Positions 48,601 to 61,900 of a stretch of DNA of 64,000 bases are shown here, in pieces. The translations under genes and the position numbers were made by a program. Source of the DNA: Balanoglossus misakiensis. Its lineage: Eukaryota; Animalia; Hemichordata. The notes beneath the pieces were generated by a model, which worked only from the letters and a program-made list of their open reading frames with translations, was not told the origin of the DNA and ran no database searches. The stretch spans positions 4,913,097-4,977,096 of the forward strand of contig CM082598.2 in NCBI GenBank assembly GCA_040954595.2. The letters are read 5' to 3'. Each line of letters starts with the position of its first letter. Within the stretch, counting starts at the first letter, position 1.

Positions 48601-51600
48601 ACACCTTTTTTGTGGAATGCCTTTTTATGTAAAGTAGTGTTTTATAAAGTGGTAATGTGTTTGTCCTTCTTTCCCACATTCCTTATACTGTTTTTCTTGT
48701 TTTCCCCAAACCAGACAAGATTTATTGAAGGCATCAACCATGACTACGAGAGAACCATCGCAAGCCTGGAAGAGGATAATGTCCGCATTTCCAAGGAGTG
48801 TGAGGATAAACAGTTGCTATGGGAACAGAGGGAGGTGGAGTTAGAGAGGCAATTGGATGCCTTGGAGAGGCAGCATCAAGCTATGGCCTCGGCTGCACAG
48901 AGAGTAAGTGGGCCTTAATTCAAAAAAACATCTAATCCTATGGATATCTATAGAACTCTATAGCCTATAGAGTTTGTATGGATGTGGATATAATTTCTAT
49001 GGAAGTATATAGAATTTCTATGGATGTGAAATATTTCTATGGATGTATATAGAATTTCTATGAATGTGTATAGAATTTCTATGGATGTCTATAGATTTCT
49101 ATGTAGTTTTGAGCCCTATTACTGCTAATGAAATTATGACAACCAGTCAATGTGTTAAAACCATCTTTTTTTGTCTTCTTCACAGTTTGAAGAAGCCACA
49201 GGTTCCTTACCAGATCCTAGTCTGCCAGTTGCCAACCAACTAGAACATGCGGTTCGCATGATCAAGGAACACATCAAGAGTATACTGGATGCTCAGGCGG
49301 AGAATAGAGAGATGAAAAAGGTGAGAACCATTTCCTGTACGATAGAAATGTTTTACCTTTCTTGAATACCCTGGTCTAAATTTTATTCTTTCTGCCTCTA
49401 CCTTATAATTGAAGCACATACCCTTACAAAAATATTCTATTGATATCTGTAGAATTCTGTAGCCTATAGAATTTGCATGGAAGTTTCATAGAATTTCTAT
49501 AAATGTCTATAGATTTCTATGTAGTTTTGAACCCTATTTCTTTTGAATTCTATAGAAAAGACAAAATCTGTAGAATGCTATAGAATTCTATAGAACATTT
49601 TACGAAAGGGATTGAAAATGAATTTCTGATTGGCCATGTCATGAGCTGTGTATGACCTTACATTCTGGTATATACTGTGATGTGAGGTTGTCTGACTTCA
49701 ACATTTTGGTGCAAGAGATGTAAAATTATAATGGCTTATAATAGCAGTGTTTCAGTCCAGATTTCTACAATCACAACATTATGAATTAATTTCTGTTGGT
49801 AATTTATCCATGATTGGCCATGTCATGAACTTTGTATGACCTAAGCTTACATTCTGTATGGTGTGAGGTTTTGTGACTTCAACATTTTGATGCAAGAGAT
49901 GTGAAATTGTCCTTATAATGGCAATGATTCAGTCCAGATTTCCACAATCACAACTGCTGTTTCCAGCAGCTTGTTTGAACATCGCATAATTATCTGTTTA
50001 CGTTTTACTTCTCCAGAAACTCAGTACTCTGGAAAAACAGCTGAAAACAACGGAAGAAAACTTGCTCGCCAGAGACAAAGTGATCAACGAATTGCGACTG
50101 CGTCTTCCGGCCACTCAAGATCGGGACGAATATTTCAAGGAGAAGACCTCGGAGGGTATCCGATACAAAGAGGTGCAAGAAAGTTATGATCACAAACAAG
50201 CCATGAAAATAGCCCAGTCTCAACTCTCAGGGTTACAGGTAAGACATTTTGGCTGCGCAGTGTTTTTTGCTAAAGTTCGAGAACATTCACTAATGATTTG
50301 GGAACCATTTTAAAGGTATTAGGTCACCAATGCAAATTTAGCTACAGTTACCATGACAAATTGAGATCTAGCCAATATCAGATTTTCAGTGGGTGGCACA
50401 AGTGAAAAAGACAGTACCCGCATATGTTCTTTAGAACACTCATGACAGATACGCCCTTTTGCCATTCATGGACATATGAAAATTGGAGGTGACCATGTAC
50501 CTTTAACACTTCTGCTACCCTATGATATGACTGCATTGATATACCATGGGGAACCCGTATAATATTTACCTTGGTATATTATCAGTAAAAGAGAGGTCCA
50601 CCATATTTGTACTCACTACAGAAGAATAAGTTAAATAGAGTTCAAGCCATCCTAAATGGTGTATGTTAAATGCGTAATGGTGTTTTCTTTGTTTAAACCA
50701 TCACAGGAGAGATTACAAGCCAAAGAGGAATCCCTTCAGAAGTACATACAGTTGCTGGAACAAGCTAGACATGTGAGTTCATGTTGATTGTGACTTGATG
50801 TGGTGTTTTACTGATGACTTGCCAAATTCATAAGGATGCAGACACTGAGAGAACTTTGTGAAAGCAGTTTGTTTTCTGATGCAGGATTGACTTCAGAAAT
50901 ATGGAAACAACTTTGAATGCTAGAGCAGATAACAACTTTTAGTACTAGCACAGATAATAATCTTGACTGCTAATATGCATATATAGACAATCACATCCAA
51001 TATTTCCTAGAATTTGAAACTTTTGGATATGTTTATGTTGCTCAACGTATTGTCCTTCAACCCTTAATCACCACACGGAACGACTGTCTGCTTTGACGTA
51101 CATCACAGTCACCGTTTGAATCCATCTTTCCCACATGCAGGAATTATCAGACGAGAGGAAGAGCCACAATGAAGAGATGCGATTGATGCAGAGGAAACTG
51201 GACGAACAATCCAATCACGCATTTATGGATTTCAAACAGAGAGCCATGGTGAGAAATATTTATAAAGCCCCAATAGCAGACATTTTTCTTTTGCGTTATT
51301 CCATTTCTACTTTCAAACTTAGAATGGTCCATTTGGCTGATGGGTATACAAAAACATTTTATCAACCTCTGATTGATAACAATCTTGACTCACAATTGGC
51401 GTACAATACACACATGATGACTGACAATGAGGGCAACAGCGTATTTTAATGACCGAGGGCACTGCTAGTCACAACTAAAACAGTCTTTTTTCTCGAGGGC
51501 ATAGTCCGAGGGAAAACAGACTGTTTTGGTGTGGCTGGCAGTCCCGAGGTCATCAAAAATACACTGTTGCCCGAATATGTCAGTCATCATGTGTTTTATA

Positions 51601-54600
51601 ACACACCAAACACGACACACACCACATCCAGGCAACAGTACCGGGCAGAAACCGATCGAACTGATGCCCTAGGGATCAGTTCGAAATGACTAAGGTCACG
51701 TGACGTCGTATTGACGAATCACCATCGAGGGTTCGCTGCATGGTGTGTTATAATAAAACCTGTCTAATCAGGAAACCTGTCTATACTGAAAACATTACCC
51801 CATCTCTTTGACATAGAACCACATGTTAAAATAACCCCTATAAGCCAGACACCTCTGCAAACCAAACAATTTCTCCAGTCCTTTTGCTGTTCAGTTTAGA
51901 CAGGTTTTACTGTTTTTATGACTGAGCTTGTGTCTTTGTTGCTTCAGGAGCTCGTGAACAAACCTTCCCCCAATGTTATCAGCAACAAGCAGCTGGCAGA
52001 GTTGAACGAACTCAAAGACATGGTAGCCGAGCAAGACAACGCCCTCTCGGCCATGACCTTGAAATTGAAAGCGGCCAACACGCAGATCGCTAAATGGAAA
52101 GAAGTCCTGGAGAGGAGATCGAAAGAACATGATAAAGAAAAAGAAAAGTAAGGTCACATATTTCCATATTGAAATGAATGATTGATGCAGCAAACCATTG
52201 AAACTATTTGCCGAGATTAAAAATAATTGAACTATTCTGATAATCTGCTAAATACAGTATAATTAGTGCTGTTTACAAAGCTCCATTAGCTGTAACTGTT
52301 CGCTATGTTTTTGGTATTTTTGTATCTTCTTGTTCAAATCCCTGAAGCTTAATAAAATGCCCAGTATCCAGCTGATTAACACAGCACATATGTATATATT
52401 GTCGACACTGTTATTGTGCAAAATTTGAATCTAAGTCCAGACTAGAAAAAATCCACAATTAAAAAGAAATGACAATACTTTCAATTTTACTGATCAAACA
52501 TCCTTAAAGATACACACTCACCTCCAATTTACATACGCTCATATATGGCTGAAATGGCATATTTGAGTGTTCTAAAGAACACATGGTGGCGCTCTTTTTT
52601 TTAGGCGTGTGCCACCCACTGAAAATCTGTGATTGGCTAGTCTCAAGTTTACAATGGTAACTGTAGCTAAATTTCCATAGGTGACTGTATACCTTTAACC
52701 CACCTATTGAACATCATGATTCGTTGACAGACTCGCAGACGAACACAAGGGAGTCGTCAAGAAAATGAACGGTGAAATCGAACACCAAAAACACATTGTC
52801 AAGGACAAAGAACATGAGGTAAGTAGAGGATTTGTCGAAGGTTGTACTGCTGTTATCCCATTGCATTTAAATTTGTTGTTTTGTTTGTATACTTAGCCTT
52901 TCAAGATGCAAATATATTTAAATAAGTAATGCAAACTATTATGCAGAACTTCCCTACCCAAGTTCAAATATATTTAAATGAGTATGCAAATTATTATGCA
53001 GAACTTTTCTGGCTAAGTTCTTCAAATCACACAGCACAATTACTGTAGACGGATTTCGAAAGACATTCTTTTATTGATAAAAATTGCCTTTGAATATCTG
53101 ATATCGTCCCATATACAAGTGCCAAGATCATTTCATGATTGTACATTATGCCTACAAAGTCACTGTAATTTGATTTTTGTGGTGTGTGCTATATATATTG
53201 CTGTATTTATTTTTTCATAAATCCCCTGAAATTCACTAATAATTTGTGTTTTTCTTCTACCAGATACATGTTTTAAACACAGACTTAGAAACCCAGAAGG
53301 AAGCAAACGCCAGGGCTCCTACTACAACTATGAAAAACTTAGTGGAAAGACTTCGAAATCAACTGTCTTTGAAAGAAAAACAACATAAGGTAAGTAAGCT
53401 GATGATGTACAAATTTTGTGAGATTTAATACTATAACTTTTGATATTATTTTTTGATATATACCCCCCCCCCCCCCCCTGTATAATCTATGGTTTCTTGT
53501 TCTGCCCTTTTAATCCTTCACAACCATGGTTTGGTCCAAATCCATTTTTATCTAAAAGTCAGTCTGTCCTGTGTGTTATGTGAATATATTCTTGACATAA
53601 TTCAGACCGAATATAAATGTGCATGTTTTGTCTGCAAGAAGTGTATGAATAGATCTCTTGTTTCAACAACAACAACAACACTTACAACAACAGCACTAAC
53701 AACAGCAACAACACCACTACCACCAACAATAACAACAGCAAATCATGGTTGATAGAATAACAGGTGTTTATCAACATACACTGGATGTTGACCAATCTAT
53801 TTCTGTTCCTCTTGCAGTCTCTAAGCCAAGCCCTGATGCAGCTGAGAGCGGACATGATGACAACGGCGCAAGAGAACGTCAAGGCACACGCGGAAGACGC
53901 AGCCATGCAGAACAACATACAGAAGATTGTCGACAAAGAAACCAGACAGTTACAGGTACAGTCAAACCTGTGTTAGTGGCCACCTCTATATAGTGGTCAC
54001 TTTGTTACAGTCCCTGTGCAATTTATTGTACAGTCAAACCTGTGTTAGTGGCCACCTCTATATAGTGGTGACATCACTTTGTTACAGTCCCTGTGCAATT
54101 TACATGTACAGTCAAACCTGTGTTAGTGGCCACCTCTATATAGTGGTCACTTTGTTACAGTCCCTGTGCAATTTATTGTACAGTCAAACCTGTGTTAGTG
54201 GCCACCTCTATATAGTGGTGACATCACTTTGTTACAGTCCCTGTGCAATTTACATGTACAGTCAAACCTGTGTTAGTGGCCACCTCTATATAGTGGGCAC
54301 TATGTTACAGTCCCTGTGCAATTTACATGTACAGTTAAACCTGTGTTAGTGGCCACCTCTATATAGTGGTCTTATTGTTACAGTCCCTGTGCAATTAAAG
54401 CGCCTAGCTCGTCTCACACGCATGTTCCAGCTGTAGCCGCTGGTTACAGACGTTTAGTGAACAGTCAATCCCATAAGGCAGTGCTCTGTCTTAACAACAG
54501 AGAAGATGGCGGCGACCATAATCTGTGTCGGAGATCGGGAAAAGACACCAGCTTGGGTGAAAAGGAGGGACAAGAATCTACTTATACGGCGCGCATGAAA

Positions 54601-55949
54601 TATGGAAGGAAGCGAAGGCAGTCCACTATTTGAATGCATTGTACGGAAAATGTGCGCGTGAGATGATCTATTGCCTTTAACATGTTCATTAACTAACCTG
54701 AAATATTGAAATTGTTTTATTTGTAGGATGAATTGGAAGAATTGAAATCTAAACTTGAAAGAACTAAGAAAGATGTCAGAAAACATAAAGTCAAAGAAGA
54801 AACTCAAGGTTCTGAAGTCACAGAACTTAGAGAGGTGAGCAGAGTTCAATTAAGTTGTAGGTTGTGTTTGTGTGTTAAGGTTGTGGAATTTGTGTGTGCG
54901 TGTGTGCATGTATGAACTTGTATATATATTTGGGGTGTCTGTGTGGCCTTTGAGTTTATTTTGCGTTTGAATATGTATGCATTGTGTATTTTATATGTAT
55001 GTGTATCAGTCAACAGTGTAAGAATGTATGTGTGTGTGTGTGTGCTTGTGTGTGTGCAGGCATTTGCATATGTCTTGTTGGATATATGTGTGCTCATGTG
55101 TGTGTGTACATAATACATGTACACGTGGGTCTTTGTCCGACCCCTTTGCTAGATATATCACTCGTAAAGGTCTCTGACAGTTGTTTTTGCTTTGATATCT
55201 AGGAGCTGGAAAAGAAAGAAACTGACATTGAAAGATTGAAATTAAACAAGAAGAAACTGGAGCGAGAGATAGATGACTTGCAGAAGACAAATGAACGCCT
55301 AGTTGCCAAAAATAAGGTATGATATTAACCCTTTCGCCACCATGGTTCAGTCCAAAGCCATGGTTTTCTATGGTAATGTTGGACCTCTAAAAAGAGAACT
55401 GGGGGTGAAAGGGTTAAAGGTATACAGTCACCTCCAATTTACATACACCCATATATGGCTGAAATAGCGTATTTGAGCGTTCTAAAGAACATATGGTGGC
55501 GCTCTTTTTTTCGCGTGTGCCACCCACTAAAAATCTGTGATTGGCTAGATCTCAATTTGCCATAGTAACTATAGCTAATTTTCCATAGGTGACCGTATAC
55601 CTTTAAACAATAGTGGTACATCATACTCTTGATTCTGTGTCGTTTGGTTTATACATTTTATGGAAACTGAAGTATTCCTTGTGTATTCCCGTTTGCAGAA
55701 AGCCATGGATGCCGACGCGAAACAGATGGAAATCGAGGAACTGACGAGTAAAGTCAAGAGACTGGAAACGAAACTGAAGGAAGAACAACAAAAGAAACCC
55801 AGTGCCGGAATGTTGTCACAGTCCATGAGGAAGGAAGAGGTAGGGATTGGAGAGTGTGTCGTCTGTACTGGGAATGTGTGATTTTTAGCTCCCGTTTTCT
55901 ATGTGTGTTTATATACGCCAGTGGGAGCTTTAGGGTTTGTCAATCTATA

Positions 55950-55980
<31 letters not shown>

Positions 55981-58900
55981 ATGGGTATACATGTACATGT
56001 ATACATGTACAGTGTATATGTGTATGCATGCATGTACTGTATGTGCCAAAATCTTGGTAAATGTACTTATATAGAAATCAGACTCGTTGAACTTCCTCAG
56101 GGTAAGTTTCAGAATAATCAACCACAGTAAAATGCATGATCAGTGATGTAAATTAGTTTTGAATCAGGTGGGCAAGACAAATTTGCTAATTAAAATGTGT
56201 GTTTCGGCAAGGGTTTAGAACCAGTATAATGTATATGCTGAGTTCAGGCGGGCATTTTAAATGGTGACCGGCTATTATCGACATCACTGCATGATCCCAT
56301 TACCGGTGGTGAATTCAAACTATGATTATAAGAAAAATTAAAGCTGCAAGCAGCGTTGGCGGGGCACAAGCGGTTCCCATGGTAACAAGCAAATGCCAAG
56401 GCTGTATCTGCTGTGGATACCAAGATATGGGAAAGTAGGTCAAAGGTCACCTGAGGTCACCCCAAATTTGGGCAAAAAAATTGGACCCCATACTAGTCTA
56501 GGTCCAACAAAAACCAGACCCCTAGCTCTATTGGTTCGCCTAGAATTAGGTATGCTCATAATTAATGAGGTCTAGTGTAAGACTCCATATGTGCTCAATT
56601 GCCCCCCCCCCCCCCCCAAAAAAAAAAAGCCAGGACTCTAACTGCTGTGGATGCTGAGATATGGGAAAGTAGATCAAAGGTCATCCAAGGTCACCCAAAA
56701 TTTGGGCATAAAATTTTGACCCCAGAGTGGGCCATGTCCAACTAAAACCAGACATCTAGCCCTATTGGTTAGCCTGGAATTAGATATGCAGAAAAATGAT
56801 GTTTCAGAAATAGGTCAAGGGTCATTGCCAAAATTACCAAAATATTTGTGCCATGTCCTGGCAGCATTGGTACCCATGTCCACAAAATTTATGACTGTGG
56901 TGCTTTGATAAGAGGAGGTATGGGGATATGCATATATAATTAGTTGTTTTAAAACTGGGTCAAAGGTCATGTGAAAATTGCCCCGAAAAATTGTGACAAC
57001 TTCCGGTCATATGATGACTCATATCCAAAAAAAGAATTTCCGTGCTGTCAATATTTTGGCTACAAAACGGAATTTTCATTTTTCAATGGTTTTCCGAAAA
57101 TCCAACATGGCCGCCATAATGATCGACCAATCACAGTGCGCTTCGTAAACTTGATAGACATAGGTTAGGTGACCACATGCCCCAAATCCCGTGACTCGGC
57201 AATCGCTGGTTCTGGAGAAGAAGATTTTTAAAGTTTTAAGTAGTTTTTCAGAAAAACAATTGTAGCAAAAAAACTTTCTGTGTGACGTCATGATTTCAAT
57301 AGGGTGAAATGATGGACAGAAGGTAGGCTACCTGCACACCAAATTTGAACTCGATCGGCCCAGTAGTTTTTGAGAAGGACTCGTTTAACGATTTTCAGGA
57401 AATCCAATATGGCCGCCAGGTCACGTGACTAATTAAATATTCACGAGCCACTGCACGTCTACTCATTGGCCCCTATCACCCTACCAAGTTTGAGCCCCCT
57501 AGGTGCAGCGGTTTTCCAGATCTACCTGGCCGAATTTCTCAGAAGAAGAAGAAGAAGAAGAAGAAGAATAAAGAAGAAATATAGCTGCAAGCAGCAATAG
57601 CGGGCCCAAGCCAACATAGCACATAGCAACATAGCAATAAGCATATCTGCCCTGGATGCCAAGATATGGTAAAGAAGGTCAAAGGTCACCCGAGGTCATG
57701 CAAAATTTGGGCACGATATTTTGACCCTATACTGGTCTGTGTTCAACAAAAAACAAACCTATAGCCCTATTGGTTAGCCTGGAATTAGGTATGCACATAA
57801 TTAATTAGGTAGGCAGGTGTCACAGGTGATCCCCAATTTTGGCTTTTCAATTTTAGTCCCAACCCTCCAAACGCCAAGTCTGTACCTGCTCTGGATGCCG
57901 AGATCTGGTAAAGTAGGTCAAAGGTCACCTGAGGTCATGCAAAATTTGGGCAAGAAATCTTTACCCTATACTGGTCCATGTTCAACAAAAACCAAACCTA
58001 TAGCCCTATTGGTTACCCTGGAATTAGGTATGCACATAATTAATGAGATATGCAGGTGTCACAGGTGACCCCCAATTTGGTTTTTCAATTTTAGTCCCAA
58101 CCCTCCAAACGCCAAGTCTGTACCTGCTCTGGATGCCGAGATATAGGAAAGTAGGTCAAAGGTCACCTGAGGTCACCCAACATTTGGGCAAGAAATTTTG
58201 ACCCTATACTGGTCCATGTCCCACAAGAATGAAACCTCTAGCCCTCTTAGTTAGCCCAGAATTAGGTATGCACATAATAAATGAGTTAAGCAGGTGTTAC
58301 AGGTGAGCCTAAAATTGTGCCTTTTATTTTGGTCTTATTGTGCTCACACACCAATAGACAGTCACTGTACAGGACTATTGCACAGACCAGAATTCCACAA
58401 TAAGACATGGACATAGCTTAACCATAGAGGTATAAGTAAAGGTATAAATTTAATAAAAAAATTAATATAAAAAAATCGGTCGATTTTTCATAGTATTTTT
58501 TTTCGCTTAAAATTATTGACAAATGCTAGGCTAGCTGCACACCAAAGTTGGAGATGATCGGCCTAACAGATTTTGAGATATGTATGCATATTTATCCAAA
58601 ATAATATGTGGTCATAGCTTTACTATGTAAAGTATAGGCCGATGGCTTGGGCGAAAAATATGAAAAATAATACTTAAAAATCTTCTTCTCAAAATTGACA
58701 TGGTCTATGGCCTTGACATTTGGCATGTAGAACCCTTGCCATATGGCCTACAAAGTATCTTAACAGAATTTTGATATCCCCATTCATATGCAAATTAGGC
58801 CGATTTGAAAATTTTGCCCATATATGGTCATCAGGTCACGTGACTAATTAAACATTCACAAGTGTACTGCACAAGCCCTCATTGGCCTGCACCATTGTGC

Positions 58901-61900
58901 CAAGTTTGAAATTGGTAGGTTAAGCCGTTTTCCAGATCTAGCTGGCCGAAAAAACGACAGAAGAAGAAAAAGAAAAACTCCAGTAAATACAATAGGGCCC
59001 AAGCCTGCTGGGCTTGGGCCCTAAATATTCCAACAATAACAATGGGGGCACAAGCCGCCTGAGGGCGCTTGTGCCCCCAATAACCCTTGTTCCATATTTT
59101 CCCCGTTCAGTCTGCAGTGGAAGTAGCCAAGTGGGAGGAAGGCAAGAAATGGGAGAAGAAAGTGGAGAGTCTGAGAACCAGGCTGAAGGAAAAGGAGAAA
59201 GAAATCGACCATCTGCAAAAACAGAATCAGATGATGAAGGATGCTTTGTCAAGGTCAGTCAAGGTCACCCAAATGGATCATTGCTGATGATGATTTCATA
59301 CATTGAAAGAAGAGGTGCCACCATTATCCAAGGATTGTACTGTACCTGATGAATGTTAGATTTTTCATGGTCTTTATATCAAATTAAAAGGGCCAGTATC
59401 TGTAACTTCTAGCTATTCTTTCCGTATTTTGTTTGGTTTATCAAATACATTTTCATGTTCACCTTCTTATAGTATCTCAACATGTCCATTTTTGTGGTTG
59501 TCAACAAGTCGCATATGTGCACCGATCATTGTTATTGTTGACAATCACATTCAAGTCCGGACTGGAACACAATTTGTAAACAAAAAAATCCAATATCAGT
59601 TGGGCACACACGGGCTATGTTGAGATGATGAACACTATGCATTTAACCCAGCCTCAGAGAACCAAACATAATTGATACACAGAATAAAAATCATGGAAAA
59701 ATAGCAGAACGTTACAGTGGACAGTTTCTTGTGTTACCTCTCTGAAATATCTCTGTCACATCATAAAGTGTGTGATTTCATTTGTTGTGGGTTTTTTTTC
59801 TTTCAGGGCTGATCGGGACAAGATCTCACTGCAGAACAAACTGAGGAAGACGACTGGCGAACCAATCATTATGAAGACTTCAGAGGTCTCGATGACATCA
59901 GCGAGGCCCCCGTCGTCTTCTGATTCCACCGTTCAAACACTACGTAGACAAATCTACGATCAGGAAGATGAGGTATATAAGATTTCTTGTTTTTAGTACA
60001 ATGTATCTGTCGGGTTACAGCAGATTTCTGAATTTATGTCACAGACAGGGAATACACCCATTACAATCTGGTGACTTAAGAAGTGTGGTATTTGAGTGAT
60101 GGGTCTTGTGTCATGCGTATGCAACTCATAACCAGTGTTTGAAATAGTATTTCTCACTGCAATAGTTTCCTTGTCTTTCAAATGCAGTTGTCAAAAATGA
60201 ACAGAGATGGGTATTTCGGGATTGACTTTTTCAAATACTGCACTTTCCGTACAGGCAACATAGAGTGTGTGCGAGATTTGCAATGGGTGTATTACTGTAA
60301 AATGGGTTATTTTCGCGAGCAATAAATTTTCACGAAATATGTGAGAGCCAAAAACACATGAAAATAAAAAGTCGCGTAAAATGCTTTTCGGAGATAACGA
60401 TGCAGTTAGTGAAATACGAGAGCGGGAAAATTAATCCTCGCATAACATTTGCCTCTTTTGATATTGCGAAAATTTCCTGTCGCGAAAATAACCTGTTTTA
60501 CAGTACTTGAAATGTTGTCACACGCCTGCCATGTTTAGTAGAGTAGCAAGCTGCAACAGTTTTATTGATGTATGTGTATCCATGACAGATTGCATCACTG
60601 AAGCGACAGTTGACACTCAGCAAAGACGCTGCGTACGAAGAGGTTCTGCAGAGGAACAAGTTTCTGAGCGACAAACTGGAGACATTGGAGAGAGAATTTG
60701 CCAGGCGGGCGGCGGCTGCAGGTCTGGAGGTGAGATCTTGAGTTTGAGACGTTGATTTGTAGCCTGACCACACACTGCAGGCTTGCTGTATTGGCAACTT
60801 GTAGAAATTCTTGTTGCAGTACTCATGAGAGAATTTTTATATTCAGTGAATTTGGAACATGTGTTACTGTTAACCCTTTCACCGCAAAAGTCGTACCTTG
60901 TAATTTTTCACTAATTTATCCTCATAACTTTTTCCACATTTTTTCGAAAATTTTTTTATCACAAACTGTTAGCCATGGAAAACTATGTCCACTTGGTCCG
61001 AAATTTAAAAAAAATGAGAGAAAAAAATACAAAAAATGATAAAATGTCTGATTTTATTTTCATGCTCTTTCAGGGTGGCTCAGGCGGCTATGATGAATTT
61101 AAAGATCGCGAGCAAGATTTACAAAAACAGATACTTCAGCTGTCAGAGGAGAACATTGAGCTGAAGTTTGATTCAGAGCAGATGAAGCGGGATGTGCCAA
61201 GACTCAAAGACAGAGTTGAAGATTTGCAGAAATATGTGGAAGTCTTGAAGTCAGATTTAGAGAAAGAAAGAGACAAAAATAGGACCATGAGCTCTGGAAA
61301 TCTTAGAAAGGTAAAGTAATTATAGCAACTTTAGCGTTAATGTCACATCCTCATGACTGTAAATGGACACACACTATATAGCTTGTCTGAACTGTCTTTA
61401 GAGGTACCAACATTGCTATTGTTAATACAATGTACTGTAATGTGAATTATGCCTAATTTTAAACACCAGTTCCAACACATATCCTGTGTCAGTCCTATGA
61501 AAACGTTTTGTAGTGTCTATTTTGCCAGTGGCATGACACCCTGCTTAGAAAATGTGACATGAAATACCAAGCAAATAAGAGATAGTAGTAACCGTTCTAT
61601 GCACAAATGGCATCGAGGCCTCCTTCTATAAAGTGTACATTCTTTTGTGTGTTGACAGTCGCTAGGATCAAGTGGCAAGTCGATTCCGGAACTGGAAAGG
61701 ACAATTGGACTGATGAAGAAAGTTGTGGAGAGAGTGCAGTCCGAGAATGAGGAACTGAAGAAAGCACCGGGTGTCGTCAACGTGACTAAGATCAAAGACT
61801 TGGAAGATGATAACAGATTACTCAAGGTATGAAATGGTGTTTTCTTGTAATATATTCTAGACTTATTTACAGATTGATATATGGTGGGTGCCACATGAGG

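Noticed and set aside
53959-54396. CRISPR-like regular repeat array (also 35660-36064)
   Set aside because: No unique spacers, no cas genes and a eukaryotic intron context. The units derive from a MITE.
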